DNA of 64,000 bases, taken from NCBI GenBank assembly GCA_951406725.2, contig OX597821.1, positions 81,778,001-81,842,000 of the forward strand, read 5' to 3'. Both the position numbers and the translations under genes were made by a program. Below are positions 55,157 to 64,000 of the stretch, piece after piece. Position 1 is the first letter of the stretch. Each line of letters starts with the position of its first letter. The notes beneath the pieces were generated by a model, which was not told the origin of the DNA, ran no database searches, and saw nothing but the letters and a program-made list of their open reading frames with translations. Source of the stretch: Octopus vulgaris. Lineage: Eukaryota.

Positions 55157-55188
55157 ACATCTCTTGTAGACATGTCTACAAGAGATGT
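55157..55188. repeat. Perfect 32-bp palindrome
   Basis: acatctcttgtagacatgtctacaagagatgt equals its own reverse complement. Confidence 0.95.
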
Positions 55189-55295
55189 TGGTTTTACATG
55201 CAGTTATGTAGCTTCATGTGCTTAGTTATCCAATGTTAAAAAAAAAAAAAGATTTATTTTACATTCTCTTGAAAGTATACAAATTCTTATGACAT

Positions 55296-55299
<4 letters not shown>

Positions 55300-55382
<83 letters not shown>

Positions 55383-55477
55383 GCATATATATATATGCAT
55401 ATATATATATACATATACATATATATATATACATATACATATATATATATATACATATACATATATTAAACGATGAT

Positions 55478-55516
<39 letters not shown>

Positions 55517-55528
55517 TTAAACGATGAT

Positions 55529-55620
<92 letters not shown>

Positions 55621-55655
55621 CTTATATACATATACATATATATACATATATATAC
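55300..55655. repeat. Compound (TA)n/(TACA)n microsatellite
   Basis: Directly visible; similar tracts at ~44690-44930, ~48265-48470, ~49035-49130 ((TATG)n), ~56605-56925 and ~45940-46000 ((CA)n). Confidence 0.95.
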
Positions 55656-56255
55656 ATCAATTTAATACACAACCGAAAGAGCAACTAATAGTTTCATGCT
55701 GTTATGATACTTGAACAGGCATATTTCTAAAGTACGCCATGTATCTCAAAGCAATCTTTCGGGCTCTGGTCATGTGTTATATATATTTTAAAAAGCAAGG
55801 ATGTTGGACAATAAGAAAATAAGAAAAAATGAGGGGAAAATGTGCAGAAGTTTGGTGCAAAAAATGGAAGGAGAAAAAAAGAACCAAAATCTAGAAAACT
55901 AAGATTTCTGATTGTAGAAAGCACATTAAATACAACTGGCCTAGAACCTATTTTCTGCCAATTTCTTCTATGCCAGTCATATTTAACGGGCTTTCTTCAA
56001 TCAGGGAGGATGAGGATCTTGGTTTTCTTGATTTTGTTTATTTTATCTCCTTCCATTTTTTGCACCAACCTTCTTCATGGTTTTTCTTATTTTCTTATTG
56101 TCCAGCATCCTTGCTTTTTAAAATATATATACAACACATAACCAGAACCTGAAATACTGCTTTAAAATACATGGCGTATTTCATAAATATGCATGTTCAA
56201 GTATCATAAAAGCTTGAAATTATTAGCAGCTCTTTCAGTTGTATATTAAATTGAT
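55656..56255. repeat. Long imperfect inverted repeat (fold-back), ~290-bp arms, ~19-nt loop
   Basis: Arms 55656-55946 and 55966-56255 are reverse-complementary along their length with scattered mismatches and small indels. Confidence 0.92.
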
Positions 56256-56310
56256 ATTTATCTCTAACTGGATGGAGCACTTGTCTTGTTGATTGTACCT
56301 CTATTGGATA

Positions 56311-56355
<45 letters not shown>

Positions 56356-56643
56356 ATATATCTTATGGCAGGCAGAATTGTTAGGACACTGAACAAAATG
56401 CTCAGCAGTATCGCGTCCATTTTCACATTCTGAGTTCAAATTCCCCCAAGGTCCAGGTCCACTTTGATTTTCATCCTCTTTGGGATCGATGAAATAAGTA
56501 GCAGTTGAGCAATGGGGTTGATGTAATCAACTAGCCACCTCTTTTAAAATTTCAGGCCTTGCACCTATAGTAAGAAGGATACATTGCCCTTTCCTTTCTT
56601 CCCTTATATACATACATATATATATATATACATACATACATAC

Positions 56644-56712
<69 letters not shown>

Positions 56713-56791
56713 ATATGTATATATATATATATGCATATATGTGTGTATGTATATATATAATGTATGTATGTATGTATATATATATCTATAC

Positions 56792-56841
<50 letters not shown>

Positions 56842-56846
56842 GTATG

Positions 56847-56926
<80 letters not shown>

Positions 56927-57159
56927 TTAGGTTTGCATGTATGGAAAACAGAGTGCACAGTATGTCTTGATGTCTTGTAGAATATTTGTACAATTCACCC
57001 TGTAACTATGCTGAATCCCACCATACACATTCATTGAGGCAACCCCAAACTCTCTCTTTTACATTTTATGATTACTGTTGGTCCTACTCGTATATAACAA
57101 ACATCCTCCAGTCACACACATACACACAGACACACACAACTTAATAACTGGAGATTTCA

Positions 57160-57212
57160 TTTACATTATAGCTTTTAGTTTCACCATAACATGGCTCATC
57201 AGGTAATGTGGA
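57160..57212 (-). ncRNA. Degenerate hammerhead ribozyme-like motif
   Basis: ACAUUAC CUGAUGA GCCAU-guu-AUGGU GAAAC uaaaa GCU AUAAUGU: core, stem II and most of stem I present; cleavage triplet altered. Confidence 0.45.
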
Positions 57213-57920
57213 ATAAGGTGTATTATTGACTACTGATTATAAGATATTACTCCACATTACCTGAAGAGCTGTAAAACTGACAGTTGTAACATGAAGCTTA
57301 GAATCTGGCCATGAGGAAATATGACCTTGCTTGGAAACGGATGAGAGCTGGCAACATGTAAAGCATCTGACTGTAAAAGCCTGCATCAACACAAAACAAT
57401 GATGATAATAGTACCATGCAAATTATCATTCAGTTTTCTTTTGCTTATAACTTACATATATACATCCATGTAAAACACACACATGCACACACAGAGCAAA
57501 TAAAAAACAAGCTGTTTACATATTTCTTTTTATTATGTAAAATCTAATTACAAAACTGCTGAAAATTTAATGAATAATTATGCTTACATATATTGCTTAT
57601 GCATATATATATATATATATATATATATGCAACTGTCAATGTGTTTGAAAGTGTGTATGTGTGTGTGTGTGTACATGTATATGTGAAACATCTGCTCAGT
57701 CCAAGATATATGAGCAATGCTTGAATATGAGGCCCACTTGTACCTTCAAAAGTATTAGCAGCTGTTCATATCTGAAGTAGTTTTTAGCCTGTCTTTTGAG
57801 GTGAATATTTGGCTATGTCATAGACATGTAGTTGCCGTGAAAGATTGTTAAAGATTTTGTAGCAGGTTTGTGAAGAGGTGCTTTTGCCCAGCTGTTACTT
57901 CCCTGTAAATAATTTCTAAT

Positions 57921-58311
57921 AGGTGCAGGAGTGGCTGTCTGGTAAGTAGCTTGCTTACCAACCACATGGCTCCGGGTTCAGTCCCACTGCATGGCATCTT
58001 GAGCAAGTTTCTTCTACCAAGTGTCTTGGGCCAACCAAAGCCTTGTGAGTGGATTTGGCAGACAGAAACTCAAAGAAGCTGATCATATATATGTGTGTGT
58101 GCATGTTTGTGTGTCTGTGTTTGTCCCCCTAGCATCGCTTGACAACCGATGCTGGTGTGTTTATGTCCCTGTCACTTAGCAGTTTGGCAAAAGATACCGA
58201 TAGAATAAGTACTGGGCTTACAAGGAATAAGTCCTGGGGTCGATTTGTTTGACTAAAGGCAGTGCACCAGCATGGCCACAGTCAAATGACTGAAACAAGT
58301 AAAAGAGTAAA
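57921..58311 (+). mobile_element. Full-length tRNA-derived octopus SINE, family A (OR/OK-like); representative copy
   Basis: A-box TGGCTGTCTGG, B-box GGGTTCAGTCCC, CORE-like CTTGAGCAAGT, internal (TG)n, tail GTAAAAGAGTA; same sequence recurs more than ten times in the window. Confidence 0.85.
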
Positions 58312-59712
58312 CTAGAATACAATCCTGCCCGAGTCTGCTCTTGGGTCCATGCTACAAAATTTGTGTTTTAAAGTATTCTAAATTAAAATTTCCCATTCAT
58401 TCTTCCAAACATGAGCTTTAGTAACAGAAACATCATTTTATTACATTCTCCATTATTTTTGAAATTTATTGAAATAGAGTCTACTTCAGCTGAAGTCATC
58501 ATCATCATCACCATTGCCGTAAAAAAAAAAAAAAAAGGTAGGGTGAAGTTAAAGGTTGTTTTTTTCTCTTTTAAGCCCGAAAAATCCTTAACCTTTTCCC
58601 ACTTCGTTTTTCTATATAATTTATGAGCGCAGGCATGGCTGTGTAGTTAAGAAGTTTGTCTTGCAACCACATGGCTCAGGGTTCAATCTCAACTTGCATC
58701 TTGGACCTCAGAGTGAGCAATACCTTGTAAGTGACAGTCAGTTGATGGTAACTGTGCTGAAGATTATTGAATGTATAATCGTAGCCATTATTCACAAGTA
58801 AGTACAGTGTAAACATGGGTATGTGGTTATGAAGCTTGCGTACATACCTACGTATGTGCATACTTATGTATGTACGTACGTAGGTATTCACGTTCATATG
58901 TATGTCATTATTCAGTTTTATTTCAAGATATTTTACCAATAGAGAAAGAGCTGGTTTCTAACCAAGATTCAAGGCTCCTTCGTTGGAATTTCAGCATCAA
59001 AAGGGCATTTTTGTATGTATGTATGTCTTTGTGTCTCACCACTTGACAACCGGTGTTGGTTTGTTTAATATTAGGAAGGGCATCCAGCCGTAGAAACACT
59101 GCCAAATCTGACTGGGCCTGATGAAGCCTTCCGGCTTCACAGACCCCAGTTAAACCGTCCAGCCCATGCTAGCATGGAAAACGGACGCTAAATGATGATG
59201 ATGATGATGATGATGATGATAACCCAGCAGCTGAGCAACAGATATCCAATCAGGTAAGTACCAGAGTTAAAAAATAAGTACTGGAGTCAATTTTTAAAAC
59301 TAAACTCTTTAAGGTGGTGCCCCAGCATGGCCATAGTTCAATGAGTGAATCATGTAAAAGAAGTAAATGAAGAACATAAAGGCTTCCCTCCAGTTACCTT
59401 TTACACAACTTCTATGGGTAGGAAGGCCATCCACCTGTGAAGATATCAAACCTAAGGATATACTCTGATTAATTAATATATATTATTCTAGCTAATGCTG
59501 TCACTTCGTTATCATTATAAAGGCTGTTGTTACTGTTGCTGTTGTCTTCTTGCCTATGTTAAAACAGCAAAATTCCAGTTATTGTCAGTATTATAGTGAT
59601 TTTTAGAATCAAGTATATAATTTGTTTAATGTACTGTGTGTGTATGTGTGTGTAGTGTGCATTGATATGTATATATGTGTGTGTATATATATATATATAT
59701 ACATATAATAAA

Positions 59713-59750
<38 letters not shown>

Positions 59751-60391
59751 GGGGGGGGTATGTGTACATGTATGTTATATCATGTGTGTGTGTTTGTTTG
59801 AGTTTATATAGTATATGTTGCCGATATGGATATATAAAGGAAAAAAAGGACAAAAAAAGACAAGGCAGACAGGAGTTGACTCAGCAATAGAAACACACAC
59901 ACACACACATACACATGTTCTCCCTCAGGCTTTCTCCCCCCTCTCTCTCTCTTATACACACGCACATACACACATATATATATAGACACTCACAAACAAA
60001 CAAAATGATAAAATTAAGCAAACTATTGACTCAGCTGTCTATATTAGCTGGGATGCTGCCATAAAAAAAATAATGTGCAACAACAACAACAACAACATCA
60101 ACAAAAAGAACAACCAACATCAACCATGTATGAATTAGTCAAAGATACCAATATAATTTCTGCAAACTATTTGATGATTCTCCATGTCTGCACTACTTGA
60201 GCCACGGCCATTCATCTTCATTGTTGCCGTTCTGATGTGATTGTTGTTTTCTTTTATTTGCCATCAAATGTTCAATGGACCATTGAGCTTTTTACAGCCG
60301 AAGATTAATTGTACAACATCACTGAGAACGGCTTCTGTGAATAGAGGATGTGCATGTGTGTGCCTCCGTGTGTGTGTGTGTGTGAGTGTGA

Positions 60392-60426
<35 letters not shown>

Positions 60427-61787
60427 TCTCTGTGTGCAGGTGTCTGAGTTAGTGGATGTGCAAAAGTTTGTATATATGTGCGTGTGTGACAATGTGTGTT
60501 TATATGAGTGTGTTTAATATATCTAGTTTGTTTTGTTTTTGTTCGTTATGGCTACCTGTATTTAAGAGAATAAAAGAATGTATGTTATGTGTATGTGTGT
60601 GCATATATATATATGTGTGTATGTGTGACATATATGTTTGGGTGGTGGTGGTAGTTGTGACCACTTGTGAGTGTTTGCATTTGTATTAAGCCACAGGCAC
60701 ACACACACACACACTCTACTTATTCTGTTTCCCCACACACCAGGAATATTTCTGTTTTAAGAACCTTGTCTCTCTCTCTCTCTCTCTCTCACAAATCCAT
60801 CATTTTTCATGCCAATGGCAATGATGATGATGGTGATAACCAACAACATCAGACAAAAGTACCATCAACATCATTATGATATTAGCAGATCTCATTTATC
60901 TGACAAACGAATATAAGGTTACCTTTTATCCAACTCTCCACCAAACCGACTCTCTCTACTTTGTACTGTTTAATCAATCACAGAGCAGTTTTATTGAAGG
61001 GTACAGGCATGGCCGTGTGGTTAAGAAGCTCACTTTGCAACCATGGGATCTTGGTTTCAGTCCCACTGTGTGACACCTTGGACAAGTTTCTTCTACTCTA
61101 GTCCTGAGCCAACCCAAAGCTTGTAAGTGAATTTCTTAGACAAAAATGTGAGGAAGCCTGTTCATGCAGTGTTTGTCCCATGGCCCCACTTGATTGACAA
61201 CCGGTGTTGATTTGCTTATGTCCCCAGTAACTTAATGGTTTGGCAAAGGAGACTAGGACTACTTTATCCAAAATCTACTTTTGTTTCTTTTAAGTGTGCT
61301 TTTAGAAGCTTCTTTCTTGGATTGGGAATTCAAGAGTTTTAATTAAAACCTACAAGGAACATTATGATAATTGCTTAGATCAATTCAGTCCAATTTTCCA
61401 AACTTCCTGTTAGAAATAAGTGTGTGTGTCTGTGTGTGTGTGTGTGGCATTTTTTGTTTTTTTGCAATTGAATCACCTGCGAGTCAACATGGTGTCCCTC
61501 GACAACAATGTAAATTTCTTTTGATTTAGGTATCTTTGGCCCAACGAGTAGCTAGTGTATTAAGCCTCATTTGGATAATTACTACTTCTGAGGTTCTGCT
61601 AGCTATGAAACATATATAGCCTGGATTTTAGCTACTCCATTCCCTGATTTTGGATATGGATATATATATATATAACCAAGAAAAAAGCAACAAGAATGGA
61701 TCGGTAGATTAGTACAATTGTTTCATACTATGAACATTTTATTTCAAGCTGCAAATATTACAGCAAATATAATGTCAAGTATTTTGC

Positions 61788-61827
<40 letters not shown>

Positions 61828-61829
<2 letters not shown>

Positions 61830-62167
61830 GTGAAAGCGCATGGCTCAGTGGTTAGAGCATTGATCTTATGACTGTGAGGTTGTGAGCTCGAATCCCAGAC
61901 CGGGCTGCGTGTTGTGTTCTTGAGCAAAGCACTTTATTTCACATTGCTCCAGTTCACTCAACTGTAGAAATGAGTTGCAACATCACTGATGCCAAGCTGT
62001 ATCACCCTTTGCCTTTCCCTTGGATAGCATTGGTGGTGTGGAGAGGAGAGGCTGGTATGTATGGGCGATTGCTGGTCTTCCATAAACAACCTTGCCTGGA
62101 CTTGTGCCTTGGAGGATAACTTTCTAGGTTCAATCCCATGGTCATTCGTGACCGAAGGGGTTCTCCG
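61828..62167 (+). mobile_element. tRNA-derived CORE-type SINE family C, inserted in (TA)n
   Basis: A-box TGGCTCAGTGG, B-box-like GCTCGAATCCC, core TTGAGCAAAGCACTTTAT; decayed relative at ~2780-2910. Confidence 0.75.
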
Positions 62168-62339
62168 ATATATATGCAACTAAAACTTGCCAAGATGCTA
62201 CAGATGTTAGGCCTTGCAATCTCTGATCATCTTTCCTGGTCGTCTCATATACAGAGATAAATATTCTTCTTTAAGGACAGAAAATATTTCCACTCTGATC
62301 ATTTGTTGAATGACTGATTAAGTAAGACCAGCAATGAAA

Positions 62340-62570
62340 TAATTATTTCGTTATTGCCCACAGGGGCCTAAACATAGAGGTCACAAACAAGGACAGACAA
62401 AGGGATTAAGTCGATTACAGTGTGTAACTGGTACTTATTTAATTGACCCAGAAAGGATGAAAGGCTAAGTTGATCTCGGCAGAATTTGAACTCAGAATGT
62501 AATGGCAGACGAATTACTGCTAAGCATTTTGCCCAGCATGCTAACGATTCTGCCAGCTCCTGCCGCCTTC
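62340..62570 (-). mobile_element. SINE family B
   Basis: tatttcgttattgccca...tctgccagctc; another copy at ~63075-63290(-). Confidence 0.8.
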
Positions 62571-62573
62571 CTG

Positions 62574-62970
62574 CAATGGAATATTGCTCTCATATCTGAG
62601 CTGTTACTTCCAGTTCATACACAGACATTCTAAATCAAGCACAAAAGACAACCATTCAACTGACAACAACTCACTCAGCATCACTACTTCACAGGATTAC
62701 CATTTTCTCCTCAGAATCAAATCTACTTCTACTACAATAGCTTCTACTCTTCTGAGCTGTTTTGTTGCACACAACCTCCAAACAGATCCACTCAAAATGC
62801 ATGGTTTTCCTCCTCTTGTTCACTATACTCTGTTTTAATCTACAGGTCTTGCACTAACTGCTTACTTCAATCCTTTCCCTCCAAGATGCCTGTTCCACCC
62901 TTGTTTTGGCAAATTCACAACGACATGAATATTTTCAGACTGGATACCACCTGTATCAATCTCACCAGTC
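62574..62970 (+). pseudogene. Decayed CR1/L2/Jockey-group LINE ORF2 C-terminal fragment
   Basis: MEYCSHI*A...HTDILNQAQKTTIQL...FYYNSFYSSEL, matching the EYCSHIW...LD..Q..A.RLI pattern of non-LTR RT C-termini. Confidence 0.6.
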
Positions 62971-64000
62971 TCAGAGGTCTTGCAAACATCTTGGGTACTG
63001 TTATAGCTTTTGTTAAGCTACATAAGCAATAAGGTTGACAACAAACTGTTATTAGTTCGGTTATAACATACTGATTTAAAATTTTGGCACAAGGCCAGCA
63101 ATTTCGGGGAATTGGTAAGTCGATTACATCAACCCCATTGTTCAACTGCTGCTTGTTTTATTGACCCCCCAAAAGATGAAGGGCAGAGTCAACCTCAGTG
63201 GAATTTGAACTCAAAACATGAAGAAGGATGAAATGCTGTTAAGTGTCTCACCTGACATGCTAATTAATGATTCTGCCAGTTCACCACCTTTAGGTTATTA
63301 CATATTGAAGTATAAGCATTGCTAACCATTAGAGAAGGACTATCTTTGAGGAGAGACTGGGTCACAAAGCATTATGGGAATTTTCTTCCTGCACAGTTAA
63401 ATACTAAGTTTGCAGCGAATAAACATTATTATGTGAATATGCAATTACAGTTTGTCCTTCACAATATTGCAGGTAATGCTTGACAACTTAAACAACTTAA
63501 CAACTTAAAAAAATACTCTGTTATTCTTCAGTATAGAAACATCAGAACTTCATTTTGAAAGGGTCAACCCTTTAGCATTCAGACTCCTCTTTCAAAAGTA
63601 ATACTTTTTTATTCACCTTGTTTTCAATAAATCATGCATTATCTTGTAGCTTCAAGATTCTGATGCTCTGATTATTTTATTTTTGGAATGACATTGTTGG
63701 GTAAGTGTGAGAAGCCAAATCTGGCTGTTTTGAACATTAAACAGATAGAATATTTGGGCCTGATATGGCCAGTTTGAAAACTAAAGGGTTAATTTACTTT
63801 CAGGCACACACGTCAAAGAGTATTTTGATAAATTATTGTTTATTTACATGTGGTGCCCTCTGCTTATGGCTGTTAATATAAGGGAGATTACCATCTCCTT
63901 ATCCAAAGTTTTCTGACTCACAACAATCCCATTGTTTTTACAGGCTTTATATTTAGAGTAAAACATTATTAAATGTATTCTTCAGATTGTGTATCGAGAA

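Noticed and set aside
44662-56993. Long YI/VC/HT-rich ORFs (e.g. 44662-45056, 48338-48850, 55222-55714, 56527-56993)
   Set aside because: Translations of (TA)n/(CA)n microsatellites.

Overview
AT-rich, repeat-dense eukaryotic genomic DNA. It is almost certainly a coleoid cephalopod (Octopus-like), inferred from the abundant tRNA-derived SINE families, RTE-type (GAT)n-tailed repeats and (TA)n/(CA)n/(TATG)n microsatellites. None of the supplied ORFs is a convincing protein gene; most are translations of microsatellites or SINEs. The window looks like intronic sequence of one long, unidentified minus-strand gene. Evidence: a clean 39-nt exon at 51032-51070, candidate 24-nt and 33-nt microexons at 8319-8342 and 4523-4555, and two CpG-rich promoter/first-exon regions (~20.4-21.5 kb, ~36.6-37.8 kb) inside a CpG-retaining domain (~17.8-38.4 kb) with CpG-depleted flanks. 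Mobile DNA includes three SINE families, decayed RTE and CR1/L2/Jockey-type LINE fragments, hAT-, Tigger/pogo- and piggyBac-type MITEs and a possible solo LTR. The most interesting signals are several degenerate minimal hammerhead-ribozyme motifs of the Penelope-like-element type (including a divergent pair on an inverted repeat at ~57.2 kb), a perfect 37-bp hairpin at 16.7 kb and a ~600-nt fold-back at 55.7-56.3 kb. Everything was read by eye; repeat boundaries are approximate.
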